A stretch of 64,000 bases of DNA from Macrostomum hystrix. Taxonomy: Eukaryota > Animalia > Platyhelminthes. Within the stretch, counting starts at the first letter, position 1, and every line of letters begins with the position of its first letter. Made by a program: the position numbers and the translations under genes. Shown here one piece after another: positions 1 through 14,673 of this stretch. The notes under the pieces were generated by a model that was given only the letters and a program-made list of their open reading frames with translations, had not been told where the DNA came from and ran no database searches. The stretch lies in NCBI GenBank assembly GCA_950097015.1, contig CATNEN010000002.1, positions 6,448,001-6,512,000 of the forward strand, read 5' to 3'.

Positions 1-1875
1 GGTAAATAGAGATGGTAGATAGAGATGGTAGATAGAGATGGTAGATAGAGATGGTAGATAGAGATGGTAGATAGAGATGGTAGATAGAGAGGATTGATAG
101 AGATGGTAAATAGAGATGATAGATAGAGAGGATTGATAGAGATGGTAAATAGAGATGATAGATAGAGAGGATTGATAGAGATGGTAGATAGAGATGGTAG
201 ATAGAGAGGATTGATAGAGATGGTAAATAGAGATGATAGATAGAGAGGATTGATAGAGATGTTAAATAGAGATGATAGATAGAGAGGATTGATAGAGATG
301 GTAGATAGAGATGGTAGATAGAGAGGATTGATAGAGATGGTAGATAGAGATGGTAGATAGAGAGGATTGATAGAGATGGTAAATAGAGATGATAGATAGA
401 GAGGATTGATAGAGATGTTATATAGAGATGATAGATAGAGATGGTAGATAGAGAGAATTGATAGAGATGGTAAATAGAGATGATAGATAGAGAGGATTGA
501 TAGAGATGTTAAATAGAGATGATAGATAGAGAGGATTGATAGAGATGGTAGATAGAGATGGTAGATAGAGAGGATTGATAGAGATGGTAGATAGAGAGGA
601 TTGATAGAGATGGTAGATAGAGATGGTAGATAGAGATGGTAGATTGAGATGGTAGATAGAGATGGTAGATAGAGATGGTAGATAGAGAGGATTGATAGAG
701 ATGGTAAATAGAGATGATAGATAGAGAGGATTGATAGAGATGGTAGATAGAGATGGTAGATAGAGAGGATTGATAGAGATGGTAAATAGAGATGATAGAT
801 AGAGAGGATTGATAGACATGGTAGATAGAGATGGTAGATAGAGAGGATTGATAGAGATGGTAAATAGAGATGATAGATAGAGAGGATTGATAGAGATGGT
901 AGATAGAGACGGTAGATAGAGAGGATTGATAGAGATGGTAAATAGAGATGATAGATAGAGAGGATTGATAGAGATGTTATATAGAGATGATAGATAGAGA
1001 TGGTAGATAGAGAGGATTGATAGAGATGGTAAATAGAGATGATAGATAGAGAGGATTGATAGAGATGTTAAATAGAGATGATAGATAGAGAGGATTGATA
1101 GAGATGGTAGATAGAGATGGTAGATAGAGAGGATTGATAGAGATGGTAGATAGAGAGGATTGATAGAGATGGTAAATAGAGATGGTAGATAGAGAGGATT
1201 GATAGAGATGGTAAATAGAGATGGTAGATAGAGATGGTAGATAGAGATGGTAGATAGAGATGGTAGATAGAGATGGTAGATAGAGAGGATTGATAGAGAT
1301 GGTAAATAGAGATGATAGATAGAGAGGATTGATAGAGATGGTAAATAGAGATGATAGATAGAGAGGATTGATAGAGATGGTAGATGGAGATGGTAGATAG
1401 AGAGGATTGATAGAGATGGTAGATAGAGATGGTAGATTGAGATGGTAGATAGAGATGGTAGATAGAGATGGTAAATAGAGATGGTAGATAGAGATGGTAG
1501 ATAGAGATGGTAGATAGAGATGGTAGATAGAGATGGTAGATAGAGATGGTAGATAGAGAGGATTGATAGAGATGGTAAATAGAGATGATAGATAGAGAGG
1601 ATTGATAGAGATGGTAAATAGAGATGATAGATAGAGAGGATTGATAGAGATGGTAGATAGAGATGGTAGATAGAGAGGATTGATAGAGATGGTAAATAGA
1701 GATGATAGATAGAGAGGATTGATAGAGATGTTAAATAGAGATGATAGATAGAGAGGATTGATAGAGATGGTAGATAGAGACGGTAGATAGAGAGGATTGA
1801 TAGAGATGGTAGATAGAGATGGTAGATAGAGAGGATTGATAGAGATGGTAGATAGAGACGGTAGAGATGATAGAT
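1..1875. repeat. 13-bp-unit minisatellite (GATGGTAGATAGA / GAGGATTGATAGA / GATGATAGATAGA variants), runs off window start
   Basis: Direct 13-bp periodicity; the minus-strand ORFs here are low-complexity repeat translations. Confidence 0.97.
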
Positions 1876-2722
1876 AAATGTGAAATATATTTTCAGGCAT
1901 TACTCAGAAAGGCCAATAAACAAAAAGATCAACTCAGAAGAGCCAGTGGTGTTCCAGTTGATCAGACTTGCACAATAAAATTGCTGTTATTCATTGAAAA
2001 TACCTGAGCCAGAGTCCATGATGTTTTCAATTCAGTTTTTTATATTTCTTTCTACAGAAAAGCAGTCGTGCAGTAGTCGGGCGGGCTTTGAGCACAGAAC
2101 TCAATGAATTGAGCTCAACCGACCGCCAAGCAAATTGAATCGCCCCCCCTGCTGTTGGCCTAAGATGGACTCATGAATGAGTCGGAAGGGACACTCAGAC
2201 AGACATGAAGGACTCAGGAGAATCTGATGAAGAGAGCAGGAAGGAAGCTGAATGGACAGAAGGGGAGGCCGCAGTCACCGCAGATGAAGGGGCGCGGGGG
2301 TCGGCCTCCTCAATTACTAAAAGAGAAGACGCGGTTACGCAATCCATTCACAGGACTAGAACTCGCGACCTACAGGGATGATTTTTCAGAGCACAGGTGA
2401 AATATTTCCTAAATACTCGCCTACTCAAGTTTTATATTTACCTGTCACTTGGCCTCTTGTTGACTATTTTCAAATGAGTTTTAAAGGCTTGGCGGTGAGA
2501 CAAAGAATGCAAGTTGATACATTTTGAGCTTGCTTTTTAGAAGACAATGAAACCAATGATACATTCAAGTGGACTTCACATCGAGATTGTGTCGGAGTTG
2601 CTTTGACCACATATTAGCGAAGGGCTCGCATAGATACTGCGAGTGAAAGAAGAATGTGAAGAATTTTGCGATATTATTAAAAACGTAATAATTACAATAA
2701 AAAGGAAAAAGCTACATAGATT

Positions 2723-3292
<570 letters not shown>

Positions 3293-3510
3293 TAGATAAA
3301 CTAGCAAGTCTATATTGGGAATACAGAGGCAGAAAACAGTGGGATACAGTAAATTATTATAAATCTTGGGATTTAAACAAGAATTAGGCCATTGTGTTTG
3401 GAAGAATGGGGAAAATGGACTGTGGGGCAATGCCAAAGTTGGTTAGAGCTAAGCGTCTTTCCTCGATCCTCATTTGCGCAGCCCGGAGTTGCGTAATAGC
3501 AATTTGCGTA

Positions 3511-3511
3511 T

Positions 3512-3543
<32 letters not shown>

Positions 3544-3569
3544 GCAGCAGCGGTGGCGGCGGCGGCGGG
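3511..3569. repeat. (CAG)n/(GCG)n trinucleotide run
   Basis: Seen directly. Confidence 0.9.
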
Positions 3570-4869
3570 GACAGAAAGCTGGTTAATACTCCGTTTATTA
3601 CAATACGCAGGGGTCGTCGCATTTTTTGTCTTCTTCAAAGCCCAGCAAAGCAAAAGATATATCATTCATATTTTTTGGACCTGGCTACAGTTGCCGGCGT
3701 GTGAAGGACAGGCCAACGTTTTTTCGGCTACGTTGGTATCCAATTAGTAGTGAATCGGTAAGGATAAACAAATTTAGGATCTGGGCCTCAGACAAATTGT
3801 AAGCTTTTATGGAAGCGAAAAAAACAAAAGGTTCGGAAAATGTCACTTTAAAGAAGCTCCGAAAATTTTTTTGTAAATTAGAATTTGTTGGTAAAAACTT
3901 TTGACTCTAAAACTACCATGAGGTCATGAGTTCGAATCCCAGCCGTCAATTCCTCATTGATTTCAGTTCCCCAAGCTGGGAAAATTAATATTTTTGGTCA
4001 GTGCTGGACTCCTCAGTTAAAGCGAAAAAATCTGATACAGTTCCTGAGCACACAAAAGGGAAAACACGAAGACAAAGAATTTTGCTTGACGACACGGTAA
4101 CTAAGGCGGGAGTAAACAACAAACTATAATTAATCCCAAAGTGTATTCTTCCGATGCCATTCAATAAAAAAACAGAAAAATGGATAAAGCTAATGCTACA
4201 GCCGGACAATATCAATATAATTTTGTGACCGAGTCCAGCAGTTGCTATGGGAAAATGTAGACAGGGTTCACTTTCAGTTTCTGAGTCTGACGCAGTGATT
4301 TGACAAACCCAATGCCAACTGTATCATCGCCCAGTAATTATATTTTTAGCTACCATTGTGCCAATGTCAGAGCCGTCCTATTGAAAGCAATGGGGTTGGG
4401 GTTGGTGGCATAAGCTGAATTGAGAACTGGGGAAATGAGTTAATTAATTCGATCAGGAAGCGCCGCTGCCAGCTTGATGTCTGATTCGCGTGATGGTCTG
4501 AGCTGCCAGTTTAGTCCTCTGATCAGCCGAGGTCAGCTGCTTCAGCAACGATGAGAAAAATGTCCGCGATATTGAGGGCTAGCACAACCTGTCCCCAGTC
4601 AGACCAGTGTGTGACATGTCCAATGTTAAAGGCCTTCTTTGTTGCTGTCTGAAATGACAAATATTTGCTATGGAGAGAGACAGAACTGATCACTATGAGC
4701 AGTCAGCGAGCTCTGCTATCAGGAGCTGCGGGGAGGTGTCAGGTTTCTGTTATCGAATCAGCCAATATTTGATCAAACTGGGCGTTAGCTGCGAATTTTG
4801 ACTGCCTGTTTGAAGCACTTTTCAGTGAAACTGCACCTGCACATACATCAGTATTGTACTGCTTTTACT

Positions 4870-5565
4870 GATCCCATCTCACTATCGCCCCCTGATCTCA
4901 TCTCACTATCGTCCTCTGATCCCATCTCACTATCATCCTCTGATCCCATCTCACTATCATCCTCTGATACCATCTCACTATCACCTTCTGATCCCATCTC
5001 ACTATCATCCTCTGATCCCATCTCACTATCATCCACTGACCCCATCTCATTATCATCTTCTGATCCCATCTCACTATCATCCACTGATCCCATCTCACTA
5101 TCATCCTCTGATCCCATCTCACTATCATCCTCTGATCCCATCTCATTATCATCTTCTGATCCCATCTCACTATCATCCACTGACCCCATCTCATTATCAT
5201 CTTCTGATCCCATCTCACTATCATCCACTGATCCCATCTCACTATCATCCTCTGATCCCATCTCACTATCATCCTCTGATCCCATCTCATTATCATCTTC
5301 TGATCCCATCTCACTATCATCCATGCACTGATCCCATCTCACTATCATCTTCTGATCCCATCTCACTATCATCCTTTGATCCCATCTCACTATCATCCTC
5401 TGATCCCATCTCATGATCATCCTCTGATCCCATCTCATGATCATCCTCTGATCCCATCTCATGATCATCCTCTGATCCCATCTCATGATCATCCTCTGAT
5501 CCCATCTCATGATCATCCTCTGATCCCATCTCATGATCATCCTCTGATCCCATCTCATGATCATA
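4870..5565. repeat. 24-bp minisatellite (ATCCCATCTCACTATCATCCTCTG), block 1
   Basis: 24-bp periodicity; 8-aa periodic translations in all frames. Confidence 0.97.
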
Positions 5566-6379
5566 CTTAAATCCCACGTATCGATCAATCTCTGATTCCA
5601 TCATGTTTGAATCCCATCTCATCCCAATCGCATATATCCTGTCTCCGCTAATCCAGATTCCCACAATCTTCCAATCGCAGAGCAACTGATCCCCGAGCAG
5701 CATCCCAGTCTGCACTCAGGGATCACGCGAGGCACAAACCGGGGGGAGGGGGTGGTTGGCCGGCTGTTGTCGAAGGTGCCGCCAGCGACGTCTGCAAGCG
5801 ACACCGCGGCATAATTGCATTACGGCAGTCCCTTGGCGGCCCACAAATCATCAGTCAGCCTGACTGCTCCTCAGCAATGTCCCGGGCTGGCATGGAGGGC
5901 CTAAGACGAACTGTAAGCGCGCGGAAGAGAGACAGGACAGGCCGCAAAGTGCCCAGCTGACACACCGACACGTGGCGTGACGCGAATTTTCGAGCGTATC
6001 TGTGCTCACACAGCAGCCAAATAATTTGGGGTGTAAAGAACAGAAACAATTCTTCTCCACTTGATTCTTTGCAAAACAACAGACATTTTCCCTAGCGAAT
6101 GCAGGACAACTAGAAAGCGTTTTTTGCCCATCGAAACCTGACACTTAGGGCGAAACGCATGCACAAACCTGCAGCGCAATTTTTGTTTTCGATCCGTTGT
6201 TTTTGGCACTCTTCCAGCCTCTCTAAGTGCACCGCCTGCAGACCAGACACTGCACTGTCAGATGCATCAGCTTGGATGTGCACTTTAACTGGCAGGTCAA
6301 CACCTTCAACACAGAACTGCTCTTGAGACATCTGTGTTAGATTCTCAGCCTAGAGTCTGTTTGATCTCTCTCAAATTTC

Positions 6380-6825
6380 TCATTGTCTCACCCATTGCCA
6401 ATTTTTCTCTCCCATCTGTCATTTTCTCTCCCATCTCTGTCATTTTCTCACCCATTGCCAATTTTTCTCTCCCATCTGTCATTTTCTCTCCCATCACTAT
6501 CATTTTCTCTCCCATCTCTGTCATTTTCTCTCCTCTCTCTGTCATTTTCTCTGCATCTCTGTGATTTTCTCTCCCATCTCTGTCATTTTCTCTCCCTTCT
6601 GTCATTTTCTCTCCCTTCTGTCATTTTCTCTCCCATCTTGGTGATTTTCTCTCCCATCTTGGTGATTTTCTCTCCCATCTTGGTGATTTTCTCTCCTCTC
6701 TCTGTCATTTTCTCTCCCATCTGTCATTTTCTCTCCCATCTTGGTGATTTTCTCTCCCATCTTGGTGATTTTCTCTCCCATCTCTGTCATTTTCTCTCCC
6801 ATCTCTGTCATTTTCTCTCCTATCT
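6380..6825. repeat. ~21-bp minisatellite (TCATTTTCTCTCCCATCTCTG)
   Basis: Seen directly. Confidence 0.93.
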
Positions 6826-6892
6826 GTGTCTCGTATTTGTCGTCCATCTGCAAACAGCAATGAAGCAATCGCTGATAGTCAAAACACACATC

Positions 6893-6901
6893 TACTGCTG
6901 C

Positions 6902-6942
<41 letters not shown>
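6893..6942. repeat. (CTG)n microsatellite
   Basis: Seen directly. Confidence 0.95.
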
Positions 6943-6944
<2 letters not shown>

Positions 6945-7264
6945 TTGCACAGAGGCGGAGCTGAAATCTGACGCACAGTCCAAACGATGGTGCTGAAATG
7001 TCAGGCACCGCTGATGCCAGCGAGTTTATTTGCTTAATCGACTGTGACCAGCGGCAGCAGAGCTCGCACTTTTAATATGAACTGTTCCAACTGTTTTGTG
7101 TGCCAAGCTTTGATTCGAGTTAACTGTCTGGCTGAAAGCCTATGGGGTGAACTAGCCCAAGCAGGTCCTACTCAAAATCCACTTTCCGAATCATAGAAAA
7201 TGAAAAAATGAATGACACATCAGCTCATCGTTTACACACTTGCAACAGCACAACCAACATCCTA

Positions 7265-8620
7265 TGATCCCATCTCACTTTCATCCTTTGATCCCATCTC
7301 ACAATCATCCTTTGATCCCATCTAACAATCATCCTTTGATCCCATCTCACATTCATCCTCTGATCCAATCTCACTTTTATCCTCTGATCCCATCTCACTT
7401 TCATCCTCTGATCCCATCTCATGATCACCTTCTGATCCCATCTCACAATCATCCTCTGATCCCATCTCACTTTCATCCTCTGATCCCATCTCACTTTCAT
7501 CCTTTGATCCCATCTCACTTTCATCCTCTGATCCCATCTCACTTTCATCCTTTGATCCCATCTCACAATCATCCTTTGATCCCTTCTCACAATCATCCTC
7601 TGATCCCATCTCACTATCACCTTCTGATCCCATCTCACTTTCATCCATTGATCCCATCTCACCTTCATCCTTTGATCCCATCTCACAATCATCCTCTGAT
7701 CCCATCTCACAATCATCCTCTGATCCCATCTCACTTTCATCCTCTGATCCCATCTCACTATCATCCTCTGATCCCATCTCACTATCATCCTCTGATCCCA
7801 TCTGATTATCATCCTCAAATCCCATCTCACAATCATCCTCTGATCCAAACTCACTATCATCCTCTGATCCCATCTCACTATCATCCTCTGACCCCATCTC
7901 ACTATCATCAATTGATCCCATCTCACTATCATCCTCTGATCCCATCTCACTATCATCCTCTGATCCCATCTCACTATCATCCTCTGATCCCATCTCACTA
8001 TCATACTATGAACCCATCTCACAATCATCCTCTGATCCCATCTCACTTTCATCCTCTGATCCCATCTCACTTTCATCCTCTGATCCCATCTGATTATCAT
8101 CCTCAAATCCCATCTCACTATCATCCTCTGATCCCATCTCACTATCATCCTCTGATCCCATCTCATGATCATCCTCTGATCCCATCTCACTATCATCCTC
8201 TGATCCCATCTCATGATCATCCTCTGATCCCATCTCACTATCATCCTCTGATCCCATCTCACTATCATCCTCTGATCCCATCTCACTATCATCCTCTGAT
8301 ACCATCTCACTATCATCCTCTGATCCCATCTCACTATCATCCTCTGATCCCATCTCACTATCATCCTCTGATCTCATCTCACTATCATCCTCTGATCCCA
8401 TCTCACTATCATCCTCTGATCTCATCTCACTATCGTCCTCTGATCCCATCTCACTATCATCCTTTGATCCCATCTCACTATCATCCTCTGATCTCATCTC
8501 ACTATCGTCCTCTGATCCCATCTCACTATCATCCTTTGATCCCATCTCACTATCATCCTCTGATCTCATCTCACTATCGTCCTCTGATCCCATCTCACTA
8601 TCATCCTCTGATGCCATGAT
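7265..8620. repeat. 24-bp minisatellite, block 2 (same unit as 4870-5565)
   Basis: Same unit with ACT/ACA/TGA/CTT variants. Confidence 0.97.
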
Positions 8621-11134
8621 AACTATCATCCTGTCTATGGTCTCACTGTCCTACCCCGATCCCATTTCTCTGACCCCTGATCTAATCCCATCTAATCTCA
8701 ATCCCATATTAAATCTCCCTGATTGTCCAGATCCCTAAGTGTTAGTTCCAGAAGTCCAATGTAATGATTGCCTATAGTGAACTGTATTTGGCACTGTGGC
8801 TGGGGCGGCAAGGCGCACAGGGAATGGCAGCCATTATTTTTATATCGTCGAGTGCCTGAACTGCCGGTAGCCTCTGCCCAACGACCCACCAGTTGTGATT
8901 GTTGAACGATTCTCCGGGGAGTAGGTCATAGTTCTGCTGATTGACAAACCAAATGAGACCCGAAATATGAGGGGGAGACATTGCTGCAGTGGGAAAATGG
9001 GATATACGTGAGACAACTTCAGTGCTGTAGCTATAATGCCAATTTTAGATTCAGCTTTTCAATGAGGCTGGCAAAATAAACGATTCAAAAGAGTGCTAGT
9101 CGATAAAAGTGCACGCGAATGTCGTTCAATGTAGTCATGCATCAATATGTAATAGCCAGTGCAGTCAGGGCAGATGTACACACCTGTGTGAGATTTTGTG
9201 CTCAAGGTTGAGCAGAATGGCTGTGCTTACTGCCACGAATTTTGATTGGTCTTTGTTGCTTTTAGTGCTGTTTTCCAGAGCTGAAACATTTTATGTTTTA
9301 CTGCCAGTATTTTGTATGGCCAAACGAGAGGCCACTTTGTTCTGAGCTCTCATCCGAGGACCACTCGATCCCCCCGCCGTCTCAGATGTCTCCCAAAGGG
9401 ATATTAATCCCAAATATTCGGAGCGACTGAGGCAAGTGCTCAATCCTTCATCTGGTCCTCTTTGGTGTCAGGAAGAGAGCCCACAGAGGTATAGAGTGAC
9501 TCGAACTTATCTTCATACTCCCGCACTGAGGCAGGTTTATGTATATTTTTTCAATCAAACAGAAGCTCAGAAGTTGATAAAGTCCCTGATAACAGGCCAT
9601 CCCACTCTGTGTGTGTGCACAGTGTGAGCTCACAGAGACTGAAGTGTGTGAAGGAAATTTCGTCCAGCCTTTCAGTGCAGGGACAACAGTGGAATTCAAA
9701 GCCATCTTTGATTTGAGATTGTGCGAGCTGTAGGGGACAGGCACAGCGGAGGAGAGCCAGACTGCCTGATAAAGAGGCAGTATTTGCCAATACCTCTCCC
9801 GGCAGCAGCAACAGCTTCGGCAATTTTTTTCTGGTGTGTTTTTTTTGCCGCCGCGATAATTCGGGGCAGCGGGAAACCTCAGCCGAAAATCAAAGATCTT
9901 GCCGGAGCGATAAACTGTGCAGACAGCCATTGCAGGCAACCTTCTTAATAGCGGCGGTGATAAAGCAACTGCGACACTGAACCCCACACACACCCCACAC
10001 ACACCAGCTGTCGTTAAAATTCTCTTACTGATGAAGTTTTGAAATGTAATTAAAAATCCAGACTCTAATACACTGACTGAGGCTTTGGTAAGTCATGGTT
10101 TAGCTGCAGCTTCGGCAATTAAAAGTATTCATGTTTCCTAGTGCAAGCATCACTGAATAAATTTATAGGGCCTGGAACTCCGTGGTTTTATGTTTATGCT
10201 GAATTCACAAAGGACTTTTTAAGGATCTTATACTCGTAGGTCCCCGAGAGGTCGAAAGTTCGAAAATAATTGAACATCAGCTGGACCACCCAAGCTTTCT
10301 CGGCCCCTAAAAACTGAATGCCGCCTCGAACCCGTGACAGCATTATTATTTGCTTCGATTTTGTTGATCGGCAATGCCGAAACAGTTGGCAAATCCAGCT
10401 CTCATTGCAGCTACTGTGAGCTGACCCCAGCGGCCCTGAGAGGCTGGCAGGCTGAATCCGGGATTTCGAGGACACCACGCGCTGAGTGAGAAGCAATTGA
10501 GCAGGCGGTGAAAAATCTGCAGCAAAAATCCTAACCGAATTCGTCCCCACTTCTTCTCAACTCGCCCCCGCAGCCCCGAGGGGGACTCCGGCTAGTCCAT
10601 GGGGCGCTTTTGCCCAGATTTGAGCACACTGCTCACAAGCCTAATTTTTGGCACCAAAGCTCCGCCTGCCTGCTCTGCAGTGTGAACTCAAACAATTAGA
10701 GCTGGGAATCCAATGCAATGAGTCGCCTGGAGTGGCCCAGCCGGCTAAAAAAGGTCTTCTCGGGCAAAGCCTGTCGAGAAATCCTCCACTACCCCATGAC
10801 AACGAAAAATACCCAGCATTTTGTCTTTCCTCCCTTCTCTCTCCCGCTGGTGCTTTCGCGCAGATCCGCGGCCACCGGGACGAGAGCCGATCGAATTTTG
10901 GTCCGCACCAACTCGATTGAGATGCCTGAGCACAGGATGAACTACTCGCGTTGTGAGCTCCCAGTTGTGTTAGTTTGCTAATGCAGTGGCGATGCTCAGA
11001 GAAGGCTGGAGAACTTGATTTTCTAGTTTTCGAATTTCTCACAAATGAGAGAGGTCTTTGTCCATGAGCTGGGAGACAATGCAGTTCACCCAGCTGCGAG
11101 AAATGTCCATTATTTTACTTATGTTATCAGAAAT

Positions 11135-11390
11135 GAGTGGCAGAGCGGTTAACGCGTTTGCCTCTCGTACCAAGATCCCTGAGCTCGATTCCGCGGCGAG
11201 GCCACATTCATTTGGGGCGCAGCCGCGGAGAGAAGGCTTGGGGGCTTGTCGTGCAATTTACGCCCTTGAGGGCCAACCTCCAAGGCACAGTGAAATTGTA
11301 CACTGCCTGACGATGAGAAAGTCAGGGCAGATGTACACACCTGTGTGCGTGTGTTGCTCAGGAGTCAGCGGAATGGGCAGAATTGCCCAT
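11135..11390 (+). mobile_element. tRNA-derived SINE, family A
   Basis: A-box-like TGGCAGAGCGG, B-box-like GCTCGATTCC; body (GTCAGGGCAGATGTACACACCTGTGTG) shared with five other copies in the window. Confidence 0.8.
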
Positions 11391-12039
11391 TGAAATCGAG
11401 TTTTCAACACATATCGCATACAACAACCTGCATTTGAAAAGCAGTACCGCGCCGTCAATGGTAACGAGTTCGATTCTCACACCGAGGCGCCTAATTTATT
11501 AGGGCCACAGTTGCTTTAAAGACTTCTTGATTTTCACCTATCAGGACCGCTTTATCCCCTTGAATTCGAATTATGTGAAATTCTTGCGAAGCTCGGAGCT
11601 ATGCCGCATTCCGCAGACAGGCATTGTTCTTTGCCTTCCGGATAATTTATTTTCAGGTGCTGTTGGACACAAAAACAATGCTGCGGTTTGTCCCAACAGT
11701 TGCCACGGGACCGAAGAATGTCTTAAAAGACTTTGGGAAATGCTTTTGGGAAGTATTCTGCGTTGGGAAGTGCGCAGAAAAACTTAAAAACGGAATTCCC
11801 AGACCGCAAAAATCCTCAGTCTGAGTCAGCATTGAGGACACCTCACTGGCTCCATGCTGAAGAGATTCTTATCGCTGCTTAAAGTGCATTTCATCTCCAC
11901 GATGAAATAATTAATTGCAGCAGAACTGATAACAAACGATTAAATCAGGAAATATGGTGCACCAGTTGAAATTCGGAAAACAACAGATTATCGGATTCTG
12001 GACTCGAAGTAATGTCCTGCCTGAACTCTAAACCACCCT

Positions 12040-12380
12040 TATCTCCCATCCCATTCTGTCCCATCCTCATCTCCCATCCCATTCTGTCTCATCCTCATCT
12101 CCCATCCCATTCTGTCTCATCCTCATCTCCCATCCCATTCTGTCTCATCCTCATCTCCCATCCCATACCGTCCCATCCTAATCTCCCATCCCAATCTATC
12201 TCATACTCATCTCCCATCCCATTCTGTCCCATCCTCATCTCCCATCCCAATCTGTCTCATCCTCATCTCCCATACCATTCTGTCCCATCCCCATCTCCCA
12301 TCCCGTACCGTCCCATCCTCATCTCCTTCATCCTTCCCCATCTCCCACCCCATTCTGTCCTATCTTCATCTCCCATCCTA
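12040..12380. repeat. Degenerate pyrimidine-rich tandem repeat (CTCATCTCCCATCCCATTCTGTC-like)
   Basis: Seen directly. Confidence 0.85.
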
Positions 12381-13164
12381 TTATTTTCAATAGCTTTTTC
12401 CAAATCTCGTTCTCCGTGAATAAAAGTGACAAAGGCAGCGGAAGTTGATTCATATTCGGTGCTTATCACGCACACTATTAAGAAAGCCCAATTTCATAGT
12501 AGAATCACTTGCATCACATACTACACATGAAGGCAAGGCTCTACATCTTGAAGTAAAAGGCATTCCGACCAAGCCAGGGGATGATATTTCATATGTTAAT
12601 CCAGCCGACACAGTGACGTCACAAGGCTGGAATGCCGGCCCTACAAACTGAAACCCAATTCTACAGTCTCTTGTCGTTGTTAATTTAGACAAAATTTGTC
12701 GCCGTTCTCGCATCGCCGAACTCGCTTTGGCTCGATCCCTGCAATTCCACTTCCCAGTTTCAAATCCGCGTCCTTAACAATGTCTTTAGGAGGCCGCTAG
12801 CTTGGCTTGCAATGCGACCATGTTAATAAGAAATCTTAATAGAAGAAGAGGAGAGCATTTAGGAGCAGATCAAAGAGCAGATTCTCTGGTTACAGACAAT
12901 GTTCACGGATGACATAACTCGAATTCTGGAAGACACAAAAATATGGCGTGCTTTAGCAATACATTAAAAAAGCAACAATATAAAGGGTGCATAATCGGTA
13001 AGCATTAGCAAAAATTGCATTTCTCAAAGCCAACTTCAAACTTATCTAAATCCGACACTCTCAGTTCTATTTCTCCTAATTTTAACAATATTGTGCTGTT
13101 TTTATATTTATCAACTCTATAACAAAACATATACTGTCATATATCTCTTTTCCTGTCGCTCAAC

Positions 13165-13335
13165 CCCTTATCATGTCACTCTACCCCTTATCCTTCCACT
13201 ATACCCTTTATCATGTCACTCTACCCTTAATCCTTCCACTCTACCCCTTATCCTGTGACTCTACCCCTTATCCTTCCACTATACCCTTTATCCTTCCACT
13301 CTACCCCTTATCCTTCCACTCTACCCCTTACCCTG
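13165..13335. repeat. ~20-bp tandem repeat (CTCTACCCCTTATCCTTCCA)
   Basis: Seen directly. Confidence 0.85.
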
Positions 13336-14056
13336 TCACTTACCATCTCATCTAGTCACTCTACATTCGATTCTGTTGCTGTATCACTATCACATATTCC
13401 TCATACGTTAGTTTTGCTTTGCTTTTATGTCGTTGAATTTCAAGTTCAACTTCTAAAAAATTTCCACTGCTTTAGAAATTTAGTGAAGAAATGTCAGTTT
13501 TCCATAAAACAGATTGCTCGAACGGTATTGATCCCAACTGAGTGCGTGAATATGAAATCCCAATTCCACGCATCGTCAGCCTCACTCCAGAAATAACAAA
13601 CGCTCAAACTGCTCTTTGCAGGGAAAAGTTGATCCGATTCGGTCAGCCATTATGCACCGCCACTTCCCCAGAGAGCAGGGAGAGAAGAGATTAGAGGGCG
13701 ATTATCCGGCCGCTGGCGTAGGGGATATTTTTTCTCTCTCTATTTATTTCTCTTTTTTTCTGAGCCGCCCCGGAAAAGGGTCAGTCGGGGAAATCCGGCT
13801 TAAGCTGCGCAGCCAGTCCTGTGGAGTGTGCTCATTTCATTCATTCAGCTACTCTCAGACAGACTGACTCACTTCTTTGTGGGCGGAGTGAAATCAAATC
13901 AGAGTCTGTCCGCAGACAGTTTTGCGTTGAATAATTGAAATCCTGCCTTGCCTACTGTTCTGATGGTAGGAATTTAGGGATTTTAGCGCTCAAGAATCGC
14001 AGAAATGTCCCTCTTCAATAGACTGGAGGAATCATCCACCTGACAATGTGAGGGAA

Positions 14057-14673
14057 CTGAAGGTTCAGCCTGAAGATGTGGAGGAACTAGCTGAAGGTTC
14101 AGCCTGAAGAACTGGAGGAACTAGCTGAAGGTTCAGCCTGAAGATCTGGAGAAACTAGCTGAAGGTTCAGCCTGAAGATCTGGAGGAACTAGCTGAAGGT
14201 TCAGCCTGAAGATATGGAGGAACTAGCTGAAGGTTCAGCCTGAAGATCTGGAGGAACTAGCTGAAGGTTCAGCCTGAAGATCTGGAGGAACTAGCTGAAG
14301 GTTCAGCCTGAAGATCTGGAGGAACTAGCTGAAGTTTCAGCCTGAAGATCTGGAGGAACTAGCTGAAGGTTCAGCCTGAATATCTGGAGGAACTAGCTGA
14401 AGGTTTAGCTTGAAGATCTGGAGGAACTAGCTGAAGGTTCAGCCTGAAGAACTGGAGGAACTAGCTGAAGGTTCAGCCTGAAGATCTGGAGGAACTAGCT
14501 GAAGGTTCAGCCTGAAGATCTGGAGGAACTAGCTGAAGGTTTAGCTTGAAGATCTGAAGGAACTAGCTGAAGGTTCAGCCTGAAGAACTGGAGGAACTAG
14601 CTGAAGGTTCAGCCTGAAGATCTGGAGGAACTAGCTGAAGGTTCAGCTTGAAGATCTGGAGGAACTAGCTGAA
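14057..14673. repeat. 34-bp minisatellite, ~18 units, with internal hairpin GCTGAA-gg-TTCAGC
   Basis: Unit starts at 14057, 14091, 14125 and onward; no unique spacers. Confidence 0.95.

Noticed and set aside
3384-3747. Poly-Ala ORFs on both strands
   Set aside because: Driven by the CAG/GCG run; a minus-strand terminal exon is possible but unsupported
3905-3975. tRNA gene
   Set aside because: Only a B-box-like GAGTTCGAATCCC; no cloverleaf; probably a decayed SINE head
5580-6350. Possible minus-strand exons (MSQEQFCVEG..., VRLRPSMPARD...)
   Set aside because: Splice sites plausible but no recognisable domain and no complete model
4798-8629. EMGSEDDS / HPLIPSHY / MIVRWDQR repeat proteins
   Set aside because: All frames are periodic by construction; the acidic frame has a stop near 8006; no coding flanks established
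9345-9630. Possible plus-strand exon (DPPAVSDVSQRD...)
   Set aside because: No homology recognised; the implied following intron is too short
12445-12651. 68-aa ORF
   Set aside because: No motif or splice support
14057-14673. CRISPR-like palindromic repeat array
   Set aside because: Units are contiguous with no unique spacers; eukaryotic context; no cas genes
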